64,000 nucleotides of DNA, taken from positions 12,978 to 76,977 of IMG/VR virus record IMGVR_UViG_3300048548_000653; one strand, 5' to 3'. Positions 53,688-63,161 of this stretch are shown in pieces. The first letter of the stretch is position 1. Each line of letters starts with the position of its first letter. The position numbers and the translations under genes are program-made. Below the pieces are notes generated by a model. It made no database searches and was not told the origin of the DNA. It was given only the letters and a program-made list of their open reading frames with translations. The DNA comes from a virus.

Positions 53688-54904
53688 AAGAAAAACGTAT
53701 AGGACGTCTTGAAAGACAAAGAGACGCACAACACAATAAATCAAAAAAGGTATTGTCTCAAAAACTTATTACCAAAAATTCTATAGAAGATTTTAATTGG
53801 TTGTTTCATAAAGAGCATATAAAATTAATAAAGAACAATAATAAAAAATTATTAATAATAGAAACACCTTTTCATTTAGCGCACAGCGATGTACCGTTTG
53901 ATCAAGTAATTTATTTTAAAAACATTGTAAAAACATTTGAACATCTGCTACCTGATATTAAAAATGGTAAAATAAAAATAATATACTTGTTCGCAGATGC
54001 TTGGGGAACAGTAAACAATAACGAGTCACACAAAAGCTATAGCGGAGCACTTTTGGCATTAGACTTGTACGATGTATTATACCAAGCCAACAAAAAAGCT
54101 GGAATTTTGGAACATAGTGTTTTTTGTACTGGTACTAGCTTGAAAGGTGTATTACAACAAGAAGATTGGCCTATTGTTTATTACAACGAACCTTTTAATA
54201 GATATTTTACAATTGGAGAAGACTTGCGTGTATCCAGTAGGTTTTTTAAAAAACATTTTTTGTGGTTAAACAGAAGAACAAGAGATCATAAATTATATGC
54301 ATTACATCAAGCTCATAAACACAAAATTTTTGATAATTCTTTGTATACATTCCACGACTTTGAAAATGAAACTAATGAAGTTTATGAATTGAAATTAAAA
54401 AAATATACTCAAGATATAGATTTAGATTTCTTAAGTTATAAAACTTTGCCTGATGTATTAGATAATAATTATGATTTAAAATATGATAATCAGCATCGAG
54501 AAACATTACTAAATTTAAAAAAACACGCAAATAAATGCTACGCAGAAATAGTAAGTGAATATATGGGTAGCGATCATAAAGTATTCTTGACAGAAAAAAT
54601 TTCAAGAAGTATTGTAATGGGTAAACCTTTTCTTGTAATAGGCGATAGAGGAATGTTAGCCGAATTGCAAACACTTGGTTTTCGCACGTTTGATGATTTT
54701 TGGGACGAAAGCTATGATAACCTACCAACTGTAAAAGAACGTATAGATGCTGTAATGTTTATATTAAAAGATATACAGGAAAATCTATTGCACCTTAAAG
54801 GATATCAAGATCATATGCTTGAAATACTACAGCATAATAAAAAACATTACTTTGGTTCATACAAACAATCACAATTAAAATACTTCAGAGAAATGATTAA
54901 ATGA
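53669..54904 (+). CDS. glycosyltransferase-like phage protein
   Basis: LNRRTRDH; LTEKISR...KPFLVIG...GFRTFDDFWDESYD (GT10-like C-terminal motif). Confidence 0.5.
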   Translation: MSQFTVEEKRIGRLERQRDAQHNKSKKVLSQKLITKNSIEDFNWLFHKEHIKLIKNNNKKLLIIETPFHLAHSDVPFDQVIYFKNIVKTFEHLLPDIKNGKIKIIYLFADAWGTVNNNESHKSYSGALLALDLYDVLYQANKKAGILEHSVFCTGTSLKGVLQQEDWPIVYYNEPFNRYFTIGEDLRVSSRFFKKHFLWLNRRTRDHKLYALHQAHKHKIFDNSLYTFHDFENETNEVYELKLKKYTQDIDLDFLSYKTLPDVLDNNYDLKYDNQHRETLLNLKKHANKCYAEIVSEYMGSDHKVFLTEKISRSIVMGKPFLVIGDRGMLAELQTLGFRTFDDFWDESYDNLPTVKERIDAVMFILKDIQENLLHLKGYQDHMLEILQHNKKHYFGSYKQSQLKYFREMIK

Positions 54905-55443
54905 CGCCTAAGTTTGTGATTGATAATGTGGTTAATATGAGTCTATGGCAAGACACTGTTTGGATAAATCATAGTAAAAAATTGTTTTTTGTTCCTATAT
55001 GGCGAAATGGTAACACAGAGTTTATGTATGCTGCTGATAAATTTGGTTTTAAACTTGAAATTTTAGATAACGTAGATTATATTGGATTCGCCTTCATCCG
55101 TAATCCTAATTTACGTATTGCTGGACAAATATGGCGAGCAATGCAAAATCAAGGATTGTCTTTTAACCAATGCATCAAAAATCTAAATACAGATCTCGAT
55201 CCACACTTCCGAACACAACATAGTTTTGTAGAAAAATATAATATAGAATATTATCTTGATCTTGATAATTTACAACTAACAGACAACGTAGATATCAATG
55301 AAATAATTTATCATATGCAAAAAATTAGTGATCCACGTTGCAAAACCAAAAATAAATCTAAATTAGAATCTAGATTAATTTACCATTCTTATTTAATAAA
55401 AACGATATACAAATTTGACTTTTTACTGTATAATAAATTATGA
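54901..55443 (+). CDS. sulfotransferase-like protein
   Basis: PIWRNGNT; IRNPNLR; DPHFRTQ. Confidence 0.6.
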   Translation: MTPKFVIDNVVNMSLWQDTVWINHSKKLFFVPIWRNGNTEFMYAADKFGFKLEILDNVDYIGFAFIRNPNLRIAGQIWRAMQNQGLSFNQCIKNLNTDLDPHFRTQHSFVEKYNIEYYLDLDNLQLTDNVDINEIIYHMQKISDPRCKTKNKSKLESRLIYHSYLIKTIYKFDFLLYNKL

Positions 55444-56630
55444 TTATAAATGAAGCAAAAACTTGTAGAGTCTGTGCAAACAATATTAAACAGGTTGCTG
55501 ACTTTGGAGAAATACATATAAACGATTTTCCTTTAGCACAAGGCACGAGCCCAGGCAGTGCGCCTATGGTATTGGACCAGTGCATCAGCTGCAACCTTGT
55601 GCAACTTCGTCATACAGTTGATCCTAAGATATTATATGGAGAACATTATTGGTATCAAAGTGGTCTCAACAATAAAATAAAACAAAATCTATTTGATATT
55701 GCTACAACTGTAAATGAAATTACCGAACCAGGAGATATAGTTTTAGATATTGGAGCAAACGACGGAACACTATTATCAGCAGTTAGCAAAGATCGAACAC
55801 GCATTGCCTGTGAACCTGCTCCAAATTTTTTAAATGATTTAGAACCACATAGTGATTATATTATAAATGATTTATGGAACCACCAACTTATGCCCGATCA
55901 AAGTGTGGCAAGTGTAATTACTGCAATAGGAATGTTTTACGATATGGATGATCCAAACACTTTTATCAATAGTGTTAGAGAGTGTTTACGTGCAGATGGT
56001 GTATTCATTGCACAGCTAATGACACTTGCTCCAATGCTTAGAATGAATGACATTGGTAATGTTTGTCACGAACATTTAGAATATTATAGTTACAAAAGCC
56101 TTGTTACTCTTTTTGAAAGGAATGGTTTAGAAATTGTTAAGGTTATTGAGAATGATATCCAAGGCGGAAGTTACCAAATTTATGCTACACACTATAACAA
56201 AGGCAGTGTTGAATACACCGAAGACATTTCAACAGTGGGAGAATTTTTTGAGTCTGTAAACAACAACAGCCGACAATTAAAAGATCTACTTTCAATGTAT
56301 GCAAAGCAAGGCAAACGCTGTTATGTTTATGGTGCCAGCACAAAAGGCAACACAATATTACAGCTATGGAATCTAAAAGAATATTTTGACGGAGCAGCCG
56401 AAATACATCCAGATAAGATTGGTAGATATACTGTGGGCACAGATATTCCTATTGTTGCTGAAGAAGAAGCACTGTCCAAAGCAGATGTTTTATTTGTTCC
56501 TAACTATGGATTCAAAGATGTGTTTACTAAAAAGTTAGATATGTGGATACGCAAAGGTGGCAAATTACTATTTGCTATGCCAACTGTAGAAGAAATAAAC
56601 AATGAAAACATTAATACTAGCAACACCTAG
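55440..56630 (+). CDS. NDP-hexose C-methyltransferase
   Basis: CRVC/CISC Zn site; DIGANDG; HEHLEYYS; YGASTKGN. Confidence 0.88.
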   Translation: MIINEAKTCRVCANNIKQVADFGEIHINDFPLAQGTSPGSAPMVLDQCISCNLVQLRHTVDPKILYGEHYWYQSGLNNKIKQNLFDIATTVNEITEPGDIVLDIGANDGTLLSAVSKDRTRIACEPAPNFLNDLEPHSDYIINDLWNHQLMPDQSVASVITAIGMFYDMDDPNTFINSVRECLRADGVFIAQLMTLAPMLRMNDIGNVCHEHLEYYSYKSLVTLFERNGLEIVKVIENDIQGGSYQIYATHYNKGSVEYTEDISTVGEFFESVNNNSRQLKDLLSMYAKQGKRCYVYGASTKGNTILQLWNLKEYFDGAAEIHPDKIGRYTVGTDIPIVAEEEALSKADVLFVPNYGFKDVFTKKLDMWIRKGGKLLFAMPTVEEINNENINTSNT

Positions 56631-57315
56631 AAGCGGTTCACACGCTTATGCAAGTCTTTGGCCTATTGATTATAGCGAAGTAATGAATATCGAAGACTTA
56701 CTGTTACCAAGGTTAGAACACAATGGAAAAATTGATTACAATGTTTGTAGCGACGATTTCTTACACGCATTGAACACATTTGATTTTCAACGTGCTTATG
56801 ATCTGCGACCAGTTATGCAAATTCAACATTTCGTTCTAACTTTTGATAGCTCGCTTATAAAAACAAAAACTAAACAATATCCTGATAAAGAAACATTTTT
56901 AAATGAACACAAAAATAGATGGTTAAAAATAAAAGATAGACAAGACTGGACCATTAAATTAATTGAATACCAAGGTGTTCCAGAAAGCATTATTTTTGAT
57001 ATGATAAAGTGTTCAGACAACACAGTCGCACTTAAACGCAAAGATTTGAAAGCACAAGCATTAAGTCTTTGTGTAACCAATATGACACAAAATTGGCATA
57101 ACAGTACAGAATCAATAAAACTAGATTATGATTTGTTCAAACGTAGTTTAGAAAGTATAATGCAAAACAACAATTGGGTAGACAAATTCAATGTAGATAC
57201 TATATACTATGAAGACTTAGATTTATCTAAAAGCAAAATTAAAAAAAATAAAAACAAAATAGATTATGATGAGCAAAAACTGAATAAAATATATGTTGAA
57301 ACAATTAATAGCTGA
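56602..57315 (+). CDS. sulfotransferase-like (Stf0-like) protein
   Basis: ATPRSGS; LKRKD..QALS; YYED. Confidence 0.6.
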   Translation: MKTLILATPRSGSHAYASLWPIDYSEVMNIEDLLLPRLEHNGKIDYNVCSDDFLHALNTFDFQRAYDLRPVMQIQHFVLTFDSSLIKTKTKQYPDKETFLNEHKNRWLKIKDRQDWTIKLIEYQGVPESIIFDMIKCSDNTVALKRKDLKAQALSLCVTNMTQNWHNSTESIKLDYDLFKRSLESIMQNNNWVDKFNVDTIYYEDLDLSKSKIKKNKNKIDYDEQKLNKIYVETINS

Positions 57316-57949
57316 TACAGACTTTAGCGAAGCATACCGTATAGAAAGCAGTACTTATTTTAAAAATATTACTTCTACCGACCTTGATTATTGGAACGTA
57401 CACGAAGAAATATTTTCTACAGTGGAAAAAGATGCTAAAATATTAGATATCGGAACTTGGTTTGGTATAGTTCCGTGGGGACTGCAACAACTTGGCTATA
57501 AAAATGTGCAATGCACAGAGTGCGAAGCACATAGTCAAAGCAAGAAAGAAAGTTTTAACAAATTACATCGACATTTTAATATATCGCCATTTGAACTACA
57601 TATAAAACCTCAAACAAATTTTATTTTACCACAAAAATATGATGTGATAACGATAACAAAAACCAATTTACACTGGAAGACAGAACAGGTTGTACATTAC
57701 AATGGAAGTGAAGTGAATACTGAATGGCAAGTGCTTGGCGCTGATAACAAACAACACACATTTTTTTCATTGTACAAAATTGAGGATTGGCAATATCTTT
57801 TCAATAAAGCATTTGATTATCTCAATCCAGGAGGTAGGTTACTAATCAATCCAGAGCCAGCTTTTGATAATATAGATTACTATGCAGATACAAATAAGTT
57901 CTTACTCCAATACAAGAAGGATAATCATTTGGAGATAAAAAAAGAATGA
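57293..57949 (+). CDS. class I SAM-dependent methyltransferase
   Basis: ILDIGTWFG; YDVI; LNPGGRL. Confidence 0.75.
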   Translation: MLKQLIADTDFSEAYRIESSTYFKNITSTDLDYWNVHEEIFSTVEKDAKILDIGTWFGIVPWGLQQLGYKNVQCTECEAHSQSKKESFNKLHRHFNISPFELHIKPQTNFILPQKYDVITITKTNLHWKTEQVVHYNGSEVNTEWQVLGADNKQHTFFSLYKIEDWQYLFNKAFDYLNPGGRLLINPEPAFDNIDYYADTNKFLLQYKKDNHLEIKKE

Positions 57950-58842
57950 GTTATTATATAGCAGGTGATAGGGGACTTGTAGGTAGACACTATCGTAAAT
58001 TTAAAAAAGATGCTAGAGGCGGTAACACCAGTAACACCGATTATTCTCATTACGTCAGCACGTACACACATTTATTAGCAGGGCCCAAACCAACTCATCT
58101 TGTAATTAATGCTGCGACTGTTGGAGGATTGCAAGAGGACTTAGATGATAGTTTTAACTTGCTAATGAGAAATTTAAAAATACAAAACAATCTATTTGAC
58201 GTAGCAGCAGAAGCAGGTATACAAAGAGTGTTATTACAAGGAAGCACTTGTAGTTATCCGGAAACAGGCCCTCAGCCTTTTATGGAGTTACAACTGTTAT
58301 CTGGAAAACCTTTTGAAGGTTATATGACTACTGCACTTCCTAAACTTGTGGGTATGTATCAATGTAGAGCAAGTAATGATAAGAATAATACCAAATGGCG
58401 TACAGCAATTTGTACAAATATGTTTGGTCCTGGCGACAGGACTGGAGAACACGCTCACGTTGTTGGTGCCCTTATGCAAAAGTTTGTAGATGCTGTGAAG
58501 AAAGATTACACTGAAGTTGAAATATGGGGAGACGGCAGTCAAAGCAGAGATATTCTGTATATCAAAGATGCAGTTCGTGCAATGGATTTAACATTAAACA
58601 ACGATATGTTTGACACAGTTAACATTGCAAGCGGTGTAGAAATTACCATCAAAGAACTAGCTGAACATTTAAAGACAATTAGTGGATTCAACGGGCGTTT
58701 ATTCTATAACACCGATAAGCCTACAGGCATAATGAAACGAAGCATAAACATTGAAAGATTAAAATCGTTAGGATGGAAAGCAGAATATACAATGAAAGAA
58801 GCATTAGAACAAACTTACAGGTGGTACTATGATAACACCTAA
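57946..58842 (+). CDS. GDP-L-fucose synthase-like epimerase/reductase
   Basis: AGDRGLVG, AATVGG, GSTCSYP, NMFGPGD, HVVGAL, WGDG..SRD; YxxxK Tyr absent. Confidence 0.8.
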   Translation: MSYYIAGDRGLVGRHYRKFKKDARGGNTSNTDYSHYVSTYTHLLAGPKPTHLVINAATVGGLQEDLDDSFNLLMRNLKIQNNLFDVAAEAGIQRVLLQGSTCSYPETGPQPFMELQLLSGKPFEGYMTTALPKLVGMYQCRASNDKNNTKWRTAICTNMFGPGDRTGEHAHVVGALMQKFVDAVKKDYTEVEIWGDGSQSRDILYIKDAVRAMDLTLNNDMFDTVNIASGVEITIKELAEHLKTISGFNGRLFYNTDKPTGIMKRSINIERLKSLGWKAEYTMKEALEQTYRWYYDNT

Positions 58843-59899
58843 TGCACATATGCATCCTGTTTACGATGCCAACGAAAAAAATGCTGTAACTGATTATTTA
58901 AACAGCGGCGGCTGGATAATGGAACACACAAAAACTAGAGAACTAGAAAAAATGATTTGTGATTACACTGGTGCTAAATTTGCACATATGGTTCCTAGTG
59001 CTACAATGGGATTATTGCTCTGTAGTATGTTATCCAATATCAAACACAACGAACGTTTTGATTGTCCTGCATACACGCAAGCTGCAACAGCTAACGGTGC
59101 AATGCTGCTAGGTGGTAAGCCCCGTTTTGTAGATGTAGATCCAACAACGTTTACTTTAAATTTTAATCATATAAGAAATAGAGTCGTTTTTATTACAAGT
59201 ATCAATGGCAGAACTCCTGCTCATTACGAACATAAAATAAAAATGTTACAAGATGACGGACATTTTGTTATTGAAGATGCAGCACAGGCATTGGGCAGCT
59301 GGCATAGAGATAGACACGTTGGTACCATTGGACACGTAGGCGTGTTTAGTTTCGGGGCACCTAAAATTATCACAACCGGACAAGGTGGTTGTATAGTAAC
59401 AAATGATATTGGTTTAAGTGAACGAATACACGCTATCAAAAACTTTGGTAGGACTGTAGGAGTTGGAGAAGTTTACAACGTAATGGGTATGAACTTTAAA
59501 TTTACTGATTTACAGGCAGCATTTGGAATTGAACAAATGAAAAAATTACCAGAGATCATTGAACGTAAAAAACACATTTATGATTTTTATAGGAATAAAT
59601 TAAAAGATGTATGTGATTTTGTTCCAACTGATTTAAATAAGGTTACACCAACTTATCCAGAAATACTTGTCAATGATAGAGACAAACTTGCAAAACATCT
59701 AGGCAATTTTGGTTACGGCACTAGGGCTGTATACTCTAATCTAGGAGCACAACCGTACCTGCGTAATAGAACAATACCGTGGGCTCCAAATACAGATTAC
59801 ATTGCTGCTAGAGGATTGCAGATTCCGAGTGCAAACGATTTACTAGATTATGATATGAATGAACTTTGCACTGTTATCAAAGAGCACTATAAACTTTAA
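58829..59899 (+). CDS. DegT/DnrJ/perosamine synthase-family sugar aminotransferase
   Basis: IEDAAQALG; FSFGAPKIITTGQGG; GMNFK. Confidence 0.9.
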   Translation: MITPNAHMHPVYDANEKNAVTDYLNSGGWIMEHTKTRELEKMICDYTGAKFAHMVPSATMGLLLCSMLSNIKHNERFDCPAYTQAATANGAMLLGGKPRFVDVDPTTFTLNFNHIRNRVVFITSINGRTPAHYEHKIKMLQDDGHFVIEDAAQALGSWHRDRHVGTIGHVGVFSFGAPKIITTGQGGCIVTNDIGLSERIHAIKNFGRTVGVGEVYNVMGMNFKFTDLQAAFGIEQMKKLPEIIERKKHIYDFYRNKLKDVCDFVPTDLNKVTPTYPEILVNDRDKLAKHLGNFGYGTRAVYSNLGAQPYLRNRTIPWAPNTDYIAARGLQIPSANDLLDYDMNELCTVIKEHYKL

Positions 59900-60770
59900 T
59901 TAGATTGTCTATGCCTTGCTCAAGACTTTCAGTGGCATAAAAGTCTAATGTTCTTATCTTGCTGTAGTCTACAAAATAATTTCTTCCATCTTGGTCGTGT
60001 TCAAGTGTTGTATTTTTTTCAAAATTCCAATTAGGCAATCTATTTTTTATTATTTGGCAAACTTCAAACTTTGTAAAATTTAATTTATTATCACCAACGT
60101 TCCATACTTGTCCTTGCATTATTTCAAATTGTTCTAAAGCCATTGCAAATGCTTTTACTAAATCATTTACTGCTAGAAATGTTCTTTTATGGTGCCCTTC
60201 GTAAAGTATCATAGATTGGTTGTTACAGGCTTTGCGTACAAAATCATTTATTAACAAATCGTGTCTAAGTCTATTGCTTACGCCAAATGCTGTCGCAGGC
60301 CTAAGTATGACGCTGGTTTTGTTTAAATAGTTCTCGCCTAATAGTTTGTATTCAGCATAGGTGCTTATAGGATTGGCTTGGATATGTTCTGTGCATACAC
60401 AATCCAATGATCCATAGACACTGCCTGTGCTTGCATATATAAAAGGCTTTTCTAGTGCAGCATCTATAATCCTTTTAGTGCCTTCAACATTTACTTTGTA
60501 AGCCAAGTCAGGTTCCAAGTTACAAGCAGGAAAGCCAATAATGCCAGCTAAATGTATTATTGCATCGGCTTGTTTTATTATAGGTTCAACTTCCGGTGTG
60601 CAAATATCTACACAATGTAGATTAAAGTTATCGTTGTCCACTATGTTGAGTACAGGTTCAATACCCCACTTGAGCCAATCTATACAATCAACAGTATGAC
60701 CTTGACGTAAAAAATATTCACTGAGCCTGCATCCTATATAACCTGCGCCGCCTGTTATTGCTATTCGCAT
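59877..60770 (-). CDS. NAD-dependent sugar epimerase/dehydratase
   Basis: TGGAGYIG; ASTGSVYG; YAEYK; RHDLLINDF. Confidence 0.88.
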   Translation of the reverse strand: MRIAITGGAGYIGCRLSEYFLRQGHTVDCIDWLKWGIEPVLNIVDNDNFNLHCVDICTPEVEPIIKQADAIIHLAGIIGFPACNLEPDLAYKVNVEGTKRIIDAALEKPFIYASTGSVYGSLDCVCTEHIQANPISTYAEYKLLGENYLNKTSVILRPATAFGVSNRLRHDLLINDFVRKACNNQSMILYEGHHKRTFLAVNDLVKAFAMALEQFEIMQGQVWNVGDNKLNFTKFEVCQIIKNRLPNWNFEKNTTLEHDQDGRNYFVDYSKIRTLDFYATESLEQGIDNLIKVYSAL

Positions 60771-61135
60771 TTGGTAATTGGTTCCTCGCAATCATTCCAA
60801 CGTTTTGTTAACATAGCAATCATTTTACAGTCAGCAGTTGGATAAAATGTATGCGGCACACCCAATGGCAAGTATATACAATCACCAGCACTAACTGGTG
60901 TGACTAATTCTTTACCATCTGTCATTTCAGTATACACCCCTTCTCCTTCTACAAACATAATATATTCGTCGAACTCCTTGTGATAATGATGTCCTCTGAC
61001 AGCACCTTTGAGTGTAACAATATAATTCCATTCAACTATATTATATTGTTCAGGATAGAATGTTTGTATAATACCTCTACCATCTTTGAATGTCATAGGA
61101 TTTATTTCTGGCTCTATCTTCACAATACGCTTCAT
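60761..61135 (-). CDS. cupin sugar isomerase/epimerase (RmlC/FdtA-like)
   Basis: FKDGRG; VRGHHYH; PHTF. Confidence 0.8.
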   Translation of the reverse strand: MKRIVKIEPEINPMTFKDGRGIIQTFYPEQYNIVEWNYIVTLKGAVRGHHYHKEFDEYIMFVEGEGVYTEMTDGKELVTPVSAGDCIYLPLGVPHTFYPTADCKMIAMLTKRWNDCEEPITKCE

Positions 61136-61145
61136 AAGTATATAT

Positions 61146-61781
61146 ATGAATTTAGCTGTTGGTGGATGTAGTTTTTCTGATTACCGTTATGACATCTACC
61201 CTTATGGTAGACAGGTTGCAGATCATTTTGGTTTGGATTATTTTCACGCTGCGGCTTGTGCTGGCAGTAATCACAGAATATGGCGTGTATTGACCAAAGC
61301 AATTATGGAAAAAGATCTTGTCAGTGGCGATACCATTTTATTACAGTATACCATATTGGATAGAAAAGAAGTTTGGAGCCCAGATCCAAAAAGATTCTAT
61401 TCACCTTACGAAGAACTAGACGATTATTGGAACAGCGGTAAGTTATTTAGATTGACTGCACATAGTGCGGAATACAGTCAAAACGTACACGAAAAACAAT
61501 ATAGTAATTTACATAATAGATTTACAGACTACGAATATAACCAAGAGGTTTTTATAACACAACACACCGCATTTCAAGCACTATGTGATATAAACAATAT
61601 TAAATGTGTTCACATTAATACTCAGTATGATGCTGATCATAGGATAGCAGGAGTAAATCTTGAAAGTATACTCAATGATGTCTTGTTACGTATGGACAGT
61701 GGTCATATGAATCAGCGTGGTCACACATTGGCAGCATCACGAATTATAAAGCATTTAGATCCAGCCATTGATTCCAACTAG
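61146..61781 (+). CDS. SGNH-hydrolase-like phage protein
   Basis: GGCSFS; GSN; DSGHMNQRGH. Confidence 0.55.
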   Translation: MNLAVGGCSFSDYRYDIYPYGRQVADHFGLDYFHAAACAGSNHRIWRVLTKAIMEKDLVSGDTILLQYTILDRKEVWSPDPKRFYSPYEELDDYWNSGKLFRLTAHSAEYSQNVHEKQYSNLHNRFTDYEYNQEVFITQHTAFQALCDINNIKCVHINTQYDADHRIAGVNLESILNDVLLRMDSGHMNQRGHTLAASRIIKHLDPAIDSN

Positions 61782-62274
61782 GATGTCTAACTTGAATTGG
61801 TAATTGTTTGCGTTTTCTAACCAGTTCGTAATAACCGGGTGCATAAGGTTTGTATCTAGGGCGCCATTCAGCACCTACTTTGTTACCTTTGCGCCAGTTG
61901 CAAGCTTTACAGGCTGTTATACAATTTTCCCAACTGGTACCACCGCCTTTGCTTATGGGCTTTACGTGATCTGTAGTTAGGTCAACTCTTTTAAAAGTAT
62001 CTCCACAATAACCGCACTCATACAAATCCCGCAAGTACAAATTTGTTTTACTGAATCTAGGCTTGCGGGTCTTATGCATATACTGCTTTAACATTATCAC
62101 AGCGGGCACCCGTGTTTCCCAATTGGGACTCCGAACCAACCAATCATCATACCACTCAAGCACATTACACTTGTCGTGGTACATATACATTACAGCTTCT
62201 TTCCACTGTACAATACTTAAAGGTAAAAATGAAACGGGTGCAGCATCTGCATTGAGAACTAGTGTATCACTCAT
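61744..62274 (-). CDS. HNH endonuclease (McrA-like)
   Basis: RDLYECGYCG..DHVKPISKGG..WENCITACKACN. Confidence 0.9.
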   Translation of the reverse strand: MSDTLVLNADAAPVSFLPLSIVQWKEAVMYMYHDKCNVLEWYDDWLVRSPNWETRVPAVIMLKQYMHKTRKPRFSKTNLYLRDLYECGYCGDTFKRVDLTTDHVKPISKGGGTSWENCITACKACNWRKGNKVGAEWRPRYKPYAPGYYELVRKRKQLPIQVRHPSWNQWLDLNAL

Positions 62275-62282
62275 AATAATAT

Positions 62283-62477
62283 TTATAAATCATCGCCTTC
62301 GGTCATCTTAATACAGAGCGCCTGTTGTCCTGCTTTGAAGTATCCAAAGCCTTTGCCTACTTCATCAGCTAATGCTTCTCTTGCGTAGAAACATTCTGTC
62401 ATCGTATCGTGGCCGCTTACAAACTCTACATAAGGAACTGCATCATAAAAATACACAAAAACCAGTGCCCACATCAA
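62283..62477 (-). CDS. small exported two-Cys protein
   Basis: MWALVFV; HDTMTEC...LCIK. Confidence 0.55.
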   Translation of the reverse strand: MMWALVFVYFYDAVPYVEFVSGHDTMTECFYAREALADEVGKGFGYFKAGQQALCIKMTEGDDL

Positions 62478-62728
62478 GTTTCGTTGCCTTTGACTTCACC
62501 GTTGTATTCTTGTAGTATTTGTTTAATCTTATCTTCTGGAAGACAATTGACAGCGTGTATTGGCATACGTTGACCATACTCTAAAAACAATTTACGAACA
62601 TATTTTTTTTGATCTTGTGGATCCATTACACTTTGTATACAGGCTTCTCTGCTTTCAAACTTTGGTGTGTAGAATATGTAAACATCTCCTGCCAAAGTAG
62701 CAAATATAACAACCATTAACCAATTCAT
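62474..62728 (-). CDS. small exported two-Cys protein
   Basis: MNWLMVVIF; FESREAC...NCLPE. Confidence 0.55.
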   Translation of the reverse strand: MNWLMVVIFATLAGDVYIFYTPKFESREACIQSVMDPQDQKKYVRKLFLEYGQRMPIHAVNCLPEDKIKQILQEYNGEVKGNET

Positions 62729-63087
62729 AACCCACCTCCTTTTTTATCCCAAGGCTGAGCACCAGTGTAAGGAGCAAAGCCTGTTCCTGATTGCATCAAA
62801 CAAGCCATACCGTCACTGTATACATTAATAATACTGAAACTGCCTGTTTCTTGATTGACAAAAAAGAACATACCGCCGTTGTACATTTGTCCGTTTGTTG
62901 AACTAAACTGTGATCCATTGCCAGTAAACAACATTGCTTCTTTGTATTTTTTTGGTGTTTTCATAACTTCTATCCAAGGTCCACAAGGCTGTTGTGTTAA
63001 AAACCTTTTACCCTGTGTATCTTGAGCATTTGCACCAAAAGAAAACAAAGATATTAATACAAATGCTAGGCTAATCCTAAACATCAT
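62725..63087 (-). CDS. exported two-Cys hypothetical protein
   Basis: signal peptide; FVNQETGSFSI..ACL..G; TTGACT-17-TATAAATA promoter upstream. Confidence 0.6.
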   Translation of the reverse strand: MMFRISLAFVLISLFSFGANAQDTQGKRFLTQQPCGPWIEVMKTPKKYKEAMLFTGNGSQFSSTNGQMYNGGMFFFVNQETGSFSIINVYSDGMACLMQSGTGFAPYTGAQPWDKKGGGL

Positions 63088-63161
63088 TTCTCTCCTATAC
63101 TAATATTTATAGCATTATTTTGTTTTACAGTCAACCATACACTTGTAACAAAACAGCGCAG

